A stretch of 64,000 bases of DNA from Candidatus Omnitrophota bacterium (GCA_015233675.1 JADFXH010000004.1:8492-72491); one strand, 5' to 3'; counted from the stretch's first letter, positions 28,958 to 38,135 are shown. Program-made: numbers and translations. The notes: generated by a model not told the origin, from the letters alone.

Positions 28958-29138
28958 CTAGCACGGATGAATAACTATTTTGTATTTGGCACGTTCAGGA
29001 ATTTTTTGCCAAAAGTCTGCAAGGTTTTACAGCGCGGATGCCGCGGATGCTTTATCGCGATAGCATCCAAGCTGCAAACCGTAGCAGACGGCAAAAATAT
29101 TCCGTGCCAAATACAAAATAGTTATTCATCCGTGCTAG
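28958..29138. repeat. Palindromic intercistronic element, family A, copy 2 (archetype)
   Basis: Perfect 36-nt terminal inverted repeats ctagcacggatgaataactattttgtatttggcacg (28958..28993) and cgtgccaaatacaaaatagttattcatccgtgctag (29103..29138). The interior is further self-complementary. Lies between the stop at 29151 and the start at 28929. Confidence 0.85.
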
Positions 29139-29150
29139 CATCATGCATAG

Positions 29151-30563
29151 CTAGACAGACACTATCAAGGCAGCCGCATTGTGGAGCAATTTCTCCAAAG
29201 GAGACGGCATCCATAATCCGATACTGATCAATAGTATACCAGCCATTGCAATGGCTACGTTCATGTATATATTCTCTTTCTTGGCAAGGAGAGGCTCTTT
29301 AGGCTGGCCATGAATTACATTAAGAATAATTTTTCCAATACCAATAAACATTAAGCCCAGACAAACAACACCAACCGCGGCCATTAAATAATGCTTGGAA
29401 ATGATGGCCGCGTTAAGGATCAAAAGCTCGCTATGAAAAGTCGCAAAAGGAAACATGCCTGTCCCCGCTAATAGGGCCGCAATTAAAAAAACACCTGTCA
29501 GCGGATATATATGAATGACTCCCCTAATTTCATCAGCGCTCGCGGAGCCGTATTTCTGAGCTAAAGAACCCGCTGTTAAAAACATAACAACCTTGGCCAA
29601 TGCATTATTGATCATATGAAACAAAGCTCCGAACAAACCGACTGTCCCCAATCCAAGCCCCAATACCAAAAGTCCCATATGTTCAATAGAAGAATAGGCA
29701 AATGCTCTTTTAATGTTCCTCTCTCCTAAAATAAACATAGCAGGGACAATCAGTGATAAAACGCCGGATAGGATCAGGATGGAAGAAAAAAAATCAGTTA
29801 GCCCTGTTTTATTACAAATTTGAGCGATTCGAAGCAAAGCTAAAAAAGAACATTGGGTCAATGCCCCTGCCATCAACACCGCCACCATTCCTGGGGCCTG
29901 TCCGTACGCTTCCGGTTTCCAACTATGTGTTGGGGCCAAGCCCATTTTACAACCGTAACCCACAATAAAAAAGATTATACTAAGCTTCAACCAATTTACC
30001 GATAGTAAAGGCGCTCCTTTTAAAAGGGCCGGCAATAAAAGAGTATGCACATCATGGGCCGCAATGGCCAAAAAGAATGTGCCCATCAAAGCTAAAGCTA
30101 TGCCTACGGAACAAATCAACAAATACCGCCAAGTAGCCTGTAAACTTTGCTGACTACGATGGAAACTTATAAGAGGCGCGCTAAAAAGCGTGGTCGCTTC
30201 TATGGCTACCCACAAAAGACCAAAATGATAACTCACCGCAACAAGTGTCATCATTGAGAGCAAAAGGAATAAGCAAGTTACAAAGACACGGTTGCGTCCA
30301 AGCTCATGTTTAAAATAACCTATCATAAAAATAGACACTGACAAAAAAAGAAAACTGATAATCGAAAGCAATATAAGCCCCAAAGAATCAAGCACTAAAA
30401 AACCATGGTATTCCGAAGGGGGGAACTCTTTCCAAAATGAAGCAACAAACAGGCTGTGGGCTAAAGAAACGGCCCCAAAAAGCTTGAGCCTAAAGTATTT
30501 ACTTACCGGTAAAAGAACTCCCAGCGCACATAAAAACGGCATTAAAATCAAAATCGTCAACAT
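29151..30563 (-). CDS. Antiporter-like subunit (NuoN/HyfF-like), set 2
   Basis: 470 aa. Collinear with 23349..24851 (e.g. GLAPTHSWKPEAYGQAPGMVAVLMAG vs [26 protein letters not shown]). Confidence 0.85.
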   Translation of the reverse strand: MLTILILMPFLCALGVLLPVSKYFRLKLFGAVSLAHSLFVASFWKEFPPSEYHGFLVLDSLGLILLSIISFLFLSVSIFMIGYFKHELGRNRVFVTCLFLLLSMMTLVAVSYHFGLLWVAIEATTLFSAPLISFHRSQQSLQATWRYLLICSVGIALALMGTFFLAIAAHDVHTLLLPALLKGAPLLSVNWLKLSIIFFIVGYGCKMGLAPTHSWKPEAYGQAPGMVAVLMAGALTQCSFLALLRIAQICNKTGLTDFFSSILILSGVLSLIVPAMFILGERNIKRAFAYSSIEHMGLLVLGLGLGTVGLFGALFHMINNALAKVVMFLTAGSLAQKYGSASADEIRGVIHIYPLTGVFLIAALLAGTGMFPFATFHSELLILNAAIISKHYLMAAVGVVCLGLMFIGIGKIILNVIHGQPKEPLLAKKENIYMNVAIAMAGILLISIGLWMPSPLEKLLHNAAALIVSV

Positions 30564-31216
30564 TAAAACGTTTCCCCCATATTCGATTGCACAACGGACG
30601 CTGTGTTCTTCTCAAATTCTTCATTGATATGGTTGACCACGATGGCCATGATAAACACAGCAACAAAAATATCCAAAAGGATGCCCATTTCTATAAGGAC
30701 TGGCATGACATCAAACAATGATATAGCGAAAAGAAAAATGCCGTTTTCAAGGATCAAATAACCCAAAACCTGGGTCACGGCACGAGTACGTGTTACCATG
30801 ATCATAAATCCTAAAAGGACCGTTGAAAGAGAACATGGCAGGACCAAGTCAGAGGCGGGCTGACCCGGAATTTTCAAAGATAAAGAAACCCAAAATGCCC
30901 CGGCTATGACTATGGCCCCAAAAATAATGGATGCCCCAAATCCGATGATAGGCTTGATTTCTGAACGCATGGACACATGCCGGATAGCCCAAAATAAAAT
31001 ATATGGCACTAACGCGGCCTTTAAGATCATGGTGACAAGACCAATCATGATATCCCTGCTTGAAATACTAGAGGCATGCAGAAAAAACGGCAATAGCCCT
31101 AAGACAAAAGACTGAAGGGCAAAAACGCCAATCATCGCGGCTACGCGGTGATTGGACAAAATAATAAGCGATAAGAATACAATAACAATACAGATCACAT
31201 CAACCCAACTTGTCAT
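30563..31216 (-). CDS. HyfE/NuoK-like small membrane subunit, set 2
   Basis: Paralog of 24855..25499 (YLILENGIFLFA). I prefer the ATG at 31216 (MTSWVDVICIV…) because the ORF-track start at 31273 overlaps the upstream gene. Confidence 0.8.
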   Translation of the reverse strand: MTSWVDVICIVIVFLSLIILSNHRVAAMIGVFALQSFVLGLLPFFLHASSISSRDIMIGLVTMILKAALVPYILFWAIRHVSMRSEIKPIIGFGASIIFGAIVIAGAFWVSLSLKIPGQPASDLVLPCSLSTVLLGFMIMVTRTRAVTQVLGYLILENGIFLFAISLFDVMPVLIEMGILLDIFVAVFIMAIVVNHINEEFEKNTASVVQSNMGETF

Positions 31217-31220
31217 ACCT

Positions 31221-32144
31221 CTACATCCTCCACATCTTGACGACAAATCCAAAAAAAGCCAAAGCAAAAGCAATCAACAATAAATTATTAACCCTGTTAA
31301 GCCTGAGGCGCGCCATAGTCGATTCTATAATGCCCACCGTGACGGACAAAACCAGCATCCCGCCTAAAAAAATCAGCATATCCCAAGCCGTATTCCCCGA
31401 TTGGACTGGAACAATAATAGGGACCATGATGCTGGCAAAAACAAAAAATTTTATAGCCGCTGCGTAAAGCATATAGCCCAAATCTACCCCGCTGTGGTCT
31501 AAAATCATCACTTCATGGATCATGGTCAATTCCAAATGAGTATCAGGATCATCAATGGGAATGCGGGCGTTTTCTGTCAGAATAACAATAAAAAAACTGC
31601 CTACCACCAAAAGCAAAACTGGCCCCATCAGTGTCCAAGACAAAGGGAAATTAGCCCCTATCATCGCAGATAAAGAAATGCTGTGGCTAACAAACGAAAG
31701 CGTAATGAAATTCATAAATAGCGCCAGTTCAGAAAGGCAGGAAAAAAAAGCCTCACGGCTGGCTCCCATTCCTTCAAAACTAGATCCGGTATCAAGAGCC
31801 GCAGAGATCATAAAAAACCGGGCAAACCCCAAGATATAGGCTGCCAGGAGTATATCACCGGAAAATTTTACAGGAGCTTTAAATGTCCCAAGGGGAACAA
31901 GCGCCGATAAAACCAAAACAGCGGCAAGATTAATGATAGGTGCGGCACAAAAAATCCATGTGGTTGTCCTGCTATAGACAGAATTCTTTTGAAACAGCCG
32001 CTGCAAGTCAAAATACGGCTGAAAAAAAGACGGCCCTTTCTTGCCTGCAAAAAATGCCTTTACTTTTGAAATAATGCCTAAAAATAAAGGTGACAGGGTT
32101 AGGACAATTAGCCAGTGGGATAAAATTAAGAATATAATGTTCAT
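31221..32144 (-). CDS. NuoH/HycD-like membrane subunit, set 2
   Basis: Paralog of 25499..26419 (AALDTGSSFEGMGASREA and HLELTMIHEVMILDHSG are both conserved). The ATG at 32144 forms an ATGA overlap with the upstream stop. The ORF-track start at 32156 is a TTG. Confidence 0.85.
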   Translation of the reverse strand: MNIIFLILSHWLIVLTLSPLFLGIISKVKAFFAGKKGPSFFQPYFDLQRLFQKNSVYSRTTTWIFCAAPIINLAAVLVLSALVPLGTFKAPVKFSGDILLAAYILGFARFFMISAALDTGSSFEGMGASREAFFSCLSELALFMNFITLSFVSHSISLSAMIGANFPLSWTLMGPVLLLVVGSFFIVILTENARIPIDDPDTHLELTMIHEVMILDHSGVDLGYMLYAAAIKFFVFASIMVPIIVPVQSGNTAWDMLIFLGGMLVLSVTVGIIESTMARLRLNRVNNLLLIAFALAFFGFVVKMWRM

Positions 32145-33961
32145 TTCAATTTCCAAACCAGCAAAAATATCAAATACAAGAAAATGTACATCAAGTATAT
32201 TTGGGTATAACGAATACGGTTCATGTCCAGCTTCTTTGAAAAACTTGTCAATCGAGCAAACAAAGGCTTAAATAAGAATTCTTCGGATGCATCATGGACC
32301 GATGACGACATGGATGTTTTAGCTGGAAATTTCCCTTTAACATCCCCCCCTTCACGTCGAAAAAATAGAATTCCTTTTACAAAATCAACAATAAGAAGGG
32401 CAAAGGAAGATGAGGTGTATTGAATCTTAGGCGTCATCTGAAAAAAACCGCAGCCCCAGGTTTCACGAACAGGCTGGGCGTGGCCTTGCAAAAGTTTGCG
32501 ACGTATACCTACAAGGGCCAAAACCAAGGCAAAAAAAAGAAAAACACCGCTAATGACAAGAGATAAGGGGTAAAAAATAGTTCCCATAGGAAGACTTGCA
32601 AGGTCCGTATGTGATAAATAGGCTCCGCCTTGAAAAGCTGCATTGGCCATTATTTGAGGAAAAAGGCCGATCCACAAGCATAACCCTCCCAGGACCAGCA
32701 TGGGAATAATCATTAATAAAGAAATTTTGCCCGTGGATGGCGGTTCTTGCAGATGGCGAGGTTCGCCTAAAAACACGGTGCCATATACCTTGGTAAAACA
32801 AGCCAAGGCTAACGCTCCCATGAGAGCCAATGAAATAATTCCCACAGCACAAGTAAAAGCCCCCTGCAAAGGCAAATGAAAAAGCCCTTGAAAAAGGCCA
32901 AAATAAATAATGAACTCACTGATAAATCCATTAAATAACGGCAGTCCACAAATAGCCAAAGCCCCAACAAGAAATAAAATGCTGACCAACGGCATAGTAC
33001 GGGCGAGTCCTCCCATCAGGTCCATATCACTTGTATGCGTTCTTTGAATAACACATCCCGCACCCATAAACAAAAGCCCTTTAAATATAGCATGGTTTAA
33101 AACGTGCAAAAGTGCGCCGCCAAATCCAAGTACGGATAAAAATGGCATGTGATGGCTCTGCCCCAATAGCCCAACGCCTAAACCCAGCGAAATAATCCCG
33201 ATATTCTCAATGCTATGATAAGCCAACAGCTTTTTAAGTTCATGCTGACCTAAAGCGTACAAAACTCCCATCAGCCCACACACGACACCAATGATTAAAA
33301 TCAAATATCCGCACCAATCCGGTAATACCCCGATTATCCATAACACCCGACAGATGCCGTAAATGCCCATTTTGATAGCCACCCCCGATAAAATAGCAGA
33401 AATATGTGTCGGAGCTGCGGGATGCGCGTGAGGCAGCCAAATATGGACCGGAACAAACCCTGCTTTGATCCCAAAACCAATAATGGCCAAAAGAAGTATA
33501 CTACCCGCAAAAGCAACAGGAAAACTCGAATGACTGATAATCTCAAAGTTCATGGACCCGGCATTATGCGCCATTAAAAAGAACATTAAAATAAGAAGAA
33601 AAGTCCCGCAATGGGACATGATCAAATAAAGGAAGCCAGCACGACGCACAGAGGATTTTTCATCATTAAAAACAATTAAAAAATAGGTAGAAATGGACAT
33701 CATTTCCCAAGCACCTAAGAAAAGAATCACATTATTGGCCAAGACGATCAAAACAAGAGCGGTTGACAAAAGGAAATAAAAAAAGATATGGAGCCCCATT
33801 GACTTGGTGGTCCTATACTGACGCATGTACCCTACAGCGTAAACGCCGGCACATAAAACCAGGATGGTGACTGCGGTAAGAAAGATAAGACTCAAAGAAT
33901 CAAGTTTAAGAGCAAACTCCCCAAAAGGGACATGCCATGGCCATTGAAATGATTCTAGCAT
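32141..33961 (-). CDS. HyfB/HycC/NuoL-like antiporter-like subunit, set 2
   Basis: Paralog of 26932..28929 (WEMMSISTYFLI, VHIWLPHAHPAAPTHISAILSG, TWGCGF…IQYTSSSFALL). I prefer the ATG at 33961 (MLESFQWPWH…), which avoids overlap with the ptsN-like gene. Confidence 0.85.
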   Translation of the reverse strand: MLESFQWPWHVPFGEFALKLDSLSLIFLTAVTILVLCAGVYAVGYMRQYRTTKSMGLHIFFYFLLSTALVLIVLANNVILFLGAWEMMSISTYFLIVFNDEKSSVRRAGFLYLIMSHCGTFLLILMFFLMAHNAGSMNFEIISHSSFPVAFAGSILLLAIIGFGIKAGFVPVHIWLPHAHPAAPTHISAILSGVAIKMGIYGICRVLWIIGVLPDWCGYLILIIGVVCGLMGVLYALGQHELKKLLAYHSIENIGIISLGLGVGLLGQSHHMPFLSVLGFGGALLHVLNHAIFKGLLFMGAGCVIQRTHTSDMDLMGGLARTMPLVSILFLVGALAICGLPLFNGFISEFIIYFGLFQGLFHLPLQGAFTCAVGIISLALMGALALACFTKVYGTVFLGEPRHLQEPPSTGKISLLMIIPMLVLGGLCLWIGLFPQIMANAAFQGGAYLSHTDLASLPMGTIFYPLSLVISGVFLFFALVLALVGIRRKLLQGHAQPVRETWGCGFFQMTPKIQYTSSSFALLIVDFVKGILFFRREGGDVKGKFPAKTSMSSSVHDASEEFLFKPLFARLTSFSKKLDMNRIRYTQIYLMYIFLYLIFLLVWKLK

Positions 33962-33980
33962 ATTAAAAAATCTGCCTTCT

Positions 33981-34664
33981 TTATAAAGCTCTTGCCGTTC
34001 TTGATTCCGCGACTTGAAATGCCGCCAGAATCTCTTCACTTTGCCCTCGGCGCTTTAAAGCCGATATAACTTCTTCGTCCTGCAGGCAAAATGCCAAGCG
34101 TGATAATAAAGACAAGTGCCATTTAAACGATGACGACAAAATGACAAATAAAGTATGCACCCCTTCACCATCGAGTGCAGAAAAATCAACAACCTTTTCA
34201 AGAAAGAAAATTCCAACGATAGGCTCCATTCCAGCCAGCACCACCGGATGTTTAACATGCGGAATAGCAATACCATTGCCAATACCGGTTGTTCCTGCCT
34301 GCTCACGGGACAATAGCATCTCTTTTAAAGAGGCTCTCTGAATATGACCGGGCAAGGGTAATAGATCTAGGACCTTCCCAAGAACTTCTTCCCGTAAAGA
34401 CCCATTGATCCCAAAATATACGCCTCCACGCATAAGTGCCGGGGTGATGATATCCCTGCCTTGACGGGTCTTTTCACAAAGCTTCAATGCACCCGTGGTA
34501 AGACGTATCCGGTTTTTTAAGGCCCACTCTAAAACTTCAACCGAATTAAAATAATACTGGTCATTAGCCTTAATGGCTGGCATACCCTTCTTATTAAGCC
34601 ATTGATAAAGCGTCTCCTCCTCAATTTCAAATGCCTTTTCTATATCACGAAAAGTCAGCTGCAT
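33981..34664 (-). CDS. HTH domain fused to a PTS EIIA(Ntr)/PtsN-type domain
   Basis: N-terminus LTFRDIEKAFEIEEETLYQWLNKKGMPAIK (excisionase/MerR-like HTH). EIIA-2 active-site block GIGNGIAIPHVKH. GAGAGGGA RBS. Confidence 0.8.
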   Translation of the reverse strand: MQLTFRDIEKAFEIEEETLYQWLNKKGMPAIKANDQYYFNSVEVLEWALKNRIRLTTGALKLCEKTRQGRDIITPALMRGGVYFGINGSLREEVLGKVLDLLPLPGHIQRASLKEMLLSREQAGTTGIGNGIAIPHVKHPVVLAGMEPIVGIFFLEKVVDFSALDGEGVHTLFVILSSSFKWHLSLLSRLAFCLQDEEVISALKRRGQSEEILAAFQVAESRTARAL

Positions 34665-34677
34665 GGCGTCCCTCTCA

Positions 34678-36342
34678 TTATGGCTTGCTTTCTTTCAATA
34701 ATTCCTGTGCACGCAGAATTGTTTCTTTCATGCTTGAAAAAACATTTTCTTCGCCTATTAATTCATAAAGATTTGATTTAACCATTTCATTTAACGGCTG
34801 CACATGAAGTCCTGTAATAATCAGGGCGATTTGATCCTTTTTGCATTTATTATAAAAGCTTCTCAATGCGTACATCCCTGTGGAATCAATGACAGGGACA
34901 TCCCTAAATCGCAAGATCCTCACCTTCGGTTTTTCATTGATCTGACGACCAACTTCATCAAACCGGTTGGCTGCTCCAAAAAATAAAGGGCCATTGACTT
35001 CATAAATTTCTACGTGAGCGGGCAGCACAAATCCTGACAATTGACGGTCTTCGCCTTTTTCATCTTCCTCATATTCTTTGGCGATGACCTTAATATGAGT
35101 AGCATCCGCCATGCGTTTCATGAAAACAAACGAGGCCAACACCACCCCCCATTCAATGGCCGCATTCAAATCAACAAAAATGGTCAATAAAAAAGTGGAT
35201 AAAAGAACCATTTTTCCGCCTCGAGACCATTTCAGAAGTTCACAGAAAGACCTCCACTCACTCATATGGTAGGCAACCACTACTAGTATACCCGCTAAAC
35301 AGGCTAATGGAACATATTTGATCCAAATTCCCAAGAACATCATGATCAATAGGACTGTGATGGCATGCATTATTCCTGCAATCGGTGTGCGCCCGCCATT
35401 TTTGATATTAGTTACGGTCCGGGCGATCGCACCTGTAGCCGGCATGCCGCCAAAAAGAGCTGAACCGATATTCGCTATGCCTTGGCCCACAAGTTCTGTA
35501 TTGGAGCGATGTTTCGCGCCAATCATACCATCAGAAACAATAGCTGATAAAAGAGATTCCACGGCGCCTAAAATGGCTATAGTGATCGCAGGCTGGAACA
35601 ACTCACTGATGATTGAAAAACTGATATGAGGGAATACCGGTACCGGTAAGACATGCGGCAATTCTCCAAAACGGCTCCCAATCGTTTCTACTGGCAAATG
35701 AAAATAAGCCACCAGAGACGATACTGAAATCAAAGCTATCAATGCGCCCGGAACACGCTTGGAAATTCTCGGAAACAGGATAATAATCAAGACGGTTAAG
35801 AGTCCTACAATTAACGCGTCATAGTTAACTGTCCCCATATGTTCCATAAAAATCCGCCACTTTTCCACAAATTCCGCCGGCACTTTCTCAATCTTTAGAC
35901 CTAGGAAGTCTTTAACTTGGGAAGAAAAAATGATGACAGCAATACCGCTGGTAAATCCCACTATAACAGAATGCGGTATAAACTTGACCGCGGTCCCAAC
36001 TTTGGCAACTCCCATAATTATAAGAAGGATACCTGCCATTAGGGTGGCAATAATAAGACCATCTACCCCGTGCTTTTGCACAATGCCGTAAACAATGACA
36101 ACAAAAGCCCCGGTGGGGCCGCCAATCTGCACCCGGCTGCCTCCCAGCATTGAAACGAGAAAGCCGGCGATGATAGCGGTAAAAAGACCTTTATCCGGAG
36201 ACACCCCAGACGCAATCGCAAAAGCAATTGCAAGAGGAATAGCCACAATTCCTACAATAAAACCGGAAACACAATCGGTCACGAATTGCTGCTTCGAATA
36301 ATCCTTAAGACAAGTTAACAATTTTGGCGAAAACATAAGCAT
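34678..36342 (-). CDS. SulP-family anion transporter with C-terminal STAS domain
   Basis: 554 aa. SulP blocks GGSRVQIGGPTGAF and NTELVGQGIANIGSALFGGMPATGAIARTV. STAS block ILRFRDVPVIDSTGMYAL. Confidence 0.9.
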   Translation of the reverse strand: MLMFSPKLLTCLKDYSKQQFVTDCVSGFIVGIVAIPLAIAFAIASGVSPDKGLFTAIIAGFLVSMLGGSRVQIGGPTGAFVVIVYGIVQKHGVDGLIIATLMAGILLIIMGVAKVGTAVKFIPHSVIVGFTSGIAVIIFSSQVKDFLGLKIEKVPAEFVEKWRIFMEHMGTVNYDALIVGLLTVLIIILFPRISKRVPGALIALISVSSLVAYFHLPVETIGSRFGELPHVLPVPVFPHISFSIISELFQPAITIAILGAVESLLSAIVSDGMIGAKHRSNTELVGQGIANIGSALFGGMPATGAIARTVTNIKNGGRTPIAGIMHAITVLLIMMFLGIWIKYVPLACLAGILVVVAYHMSEWRSFCELLKWSRGGKMVLLSTFLLTIFVDLNAAIEWGVVLASFVFMKRMADATHIKVIAKEYEEDEKGEDRQLSGFVLPAHVEIYEVNGPLFFGAANRFDEVGRQINEKPKVRILRFRDVPVIDSTGMYALRSFYNKCKKDQIALIITGLHVQPLNEMVKSNLYELIGEENVFSSMKETILRAQELLKESKP

Positions 36343-36576
36343 ACTTTCTGTATTGAAAAATCCCTGCCATTTTTTAATAAAGAGGACTATTCATCCATGC
36401 TATGAATAAAAATAATGGCTTTTAAAATTTTGGCAGAATTTTTAGTGAGGTAAACAGCGTAATGATACCTCCCCTCTTTTAAAAGAGGGGTGAGGGGGAA
36501 TTCCTGAGAAATGCCCAAACTATTAAAATCAAATCACCCTGCTTTGACTGTTTCTTTAAAAAAATTCTTTCCTTGG

Positions 36577-38022
36577 TTAATCTATTATTTCAACATCGGT
36601 ATCTTTTAAAATAAGTTTACGAGCGACCCCCGTTTGATATGCCGCCTGTTCCACGGCCTTGGTCACAGCTTCGACGACACGTTTATCAAAAATACTGGGA
36701 ATAATATATTCACTGCTCAATTGGTTCTCTAGAACAAGATTTGCAATCGCATCGGCGGCAGCTATTTTCATTTCTTCATTGATCACTTTAGCCCGCACAT
36801 TCAACGCTCCCCGAAAAATACCCGGAAATGCCAAAGCATTATTGATCTGGTTCGGAAAATCTGAACGGCCTGTGGCAAAAATCCGGCACACCTTAAAAGC
36901 TTCATGAGGGTCAACTTCGGGATCCGGATTGGCCATGGCAAAAACGATGCGATCCTCTTTCATCCTGTTAAGATCTTTACCTGTCAAAATATTGCCTGCC
37001 GAAACACCAATAAAAACATCTACCGTGCACAAAGCTTCCCTCAAGGTTAAAGAAGGGACATCGAGAGTGGCACATGAAAACAAATCTTTTCGGGCTTGGC
37101 CCAAATTGGTCTCGTCAACAATCAAAACAACCCCTTTTCGATTACACCCATACAGATTCCGCACTCCTGCGGACAACAAAATCCTGCAACAGGCAGCCCC
37201 AGCTGCGCCTAGCCCATTGACGACAACACGGACGCCTTCCATATCTTTCTTAACAATTTTTAAGGCGTTTTTTAAAGCGGCAAGTATAACGACAGCTGTC
37301 CCATGCTGGTCATCATGCATGACAGGAATGGACAGTATCTTTTTAAGCTTCTCTTCAATTTCAAAACAACGAGGGGCGCTGATATCTTCCAAATTTATGC
37401 CGCCAAAAGCCGGAGAAATATTCTGCACTGTTTTTACGATCTCATCGACATCCTGGGTAGCCAAACAAATGGGCCAAGCATCTATATTGGCAAATTCTTT
37501 AAAAATCATGGCCTTACCCTCCATGACAGGCAAGGCGGCTTCCGGCCCCAGGTTCCCCAGTCCTAAAACAGCGGACCCATCAGTAACAATGGCAACACTA
37601 TTACTTTTAATTGTCAGTTTATAAACTTTATCCGGGGTTTCAGCTATGGCTTGAGCCACTTTTGCAACCCCTGGGGTATATGCCATTGAGAGCTGATTAC
37701 GCGTTTGTATCGGTGTTTTATTTTGGACCTGTATTTTCCCGCCCAAATGAAGCAACAATATTTTGTCAGACACCGCAATGGTCTTGACATTCTCCAGTTT
37801 TTCCAGCCCCTTGAGAATCTTGTCAGCATCCTTTTGGTTTGACACATAAAAGGTGACATCACGGATAATCGTATAGGGAGTAACTTCCACAATATCAACG
37901 GCGCCTAAATCCGCTTTTACAGAGGCAATCAGGGTTGCTACCGACGCAAAAACACCGGGTTTATTTACAAGCTCTAAACGAAGAGTAAACCTGTTATTAG
38001 ATAAAAAATCAGCCTTGGCCAT
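36577..38022 (-). CDS. NAD(P)-dependent malic enzyme with N-terminal ACT domain
   Basis: Blocks AYTPGVA, TDGSAVLGLGNLG, GGINLEDISAP, VVNGLGAAGAAC. The ATG at 38022 is preceded by AAGGGGGA. The ORF-track start at 38040 is a TTG. Confidence 0.9.
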   Translation of the reverse strand: MAKADFLSNNRFTLRLELVNKPGVFASVATLIASVKADLGAVDIVEVTPYTIIRDVTFYVSNQKDADKILKGLEKLENVKTIAVSDKILLLHLGGKIQVQNKTPIQTRNQLSMAYTPGVAKVAQAIAETPDKVYKLTIKSNSVAIVTDGSAVLGLGNLGPEAALPVMEGKAMIFKEFANIDAWPICLATQDVDEIVKTVQNISPAFGGINLEDISAPRCFEIEEKLKKILSIPVMHDDQHGTAVVILAALKNALKIVKKDMEGVRVVVNGLGAAGAACCRILLSAGVRNLYGCNRKGVVLIVDETNLGQARKDLFSCATLDVPSLTLREALCTVDVFIGVSAGNILTGKDLNRMKEDRIVFAMANPDPEVDPHEAFKVCRIFATGRSDFPNQINNALAFPGIFRGALNVRAKVINEEMKIAAADAIANLVLENQLSSEYIIPSIFDKRVVEAVTKAVEQAAYQTGVARKLILKDTDVEIID

Positions 38023-38112
38023 CCATCTATCCCCCTTCAACTACAAAGAAACACAAATTTAATATATTTCACTCAATAGGATTAACGAATTCCGCCACAC
38101 CGGAGAGATTAG

Positions 38113-38135
38113 CAAAAGGCATGAGATCCATGCCC
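38113..38135 (-). terminator. Possible intrinsic terminator after glgB
   Basis: Minus strand reads GGCATG-gatct-CATGCC followed by TTTTG, about 95 nt downstream of the glgB stop. The stem is short. Confidence 0.35.

Noticed and set aside
26420-29138. Possibility that the recurring palindromes form a CRISPR array
   Set aside because: There are only three copies, 146-190 nt long, in mixed orientation and irregularly spaced, with a 2-kb gene and 22 kb between them. No cas genes are present. This is not CRISPR architecture.
36929-37624. 231-aa plus-strand ORF, with similar long antisense ORFs at 3053..3478, 42593..43138, 49628..50071, 59489..59914 and 63393..63827
   Set aside because: All are antisense or out of frame to confidently recognised genes (malic enzyme, pilC, GH57, ABC-2 permease, cobT, GT2). 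Their S/T/P/K/R-rich composition is typical of shadow ORFs.
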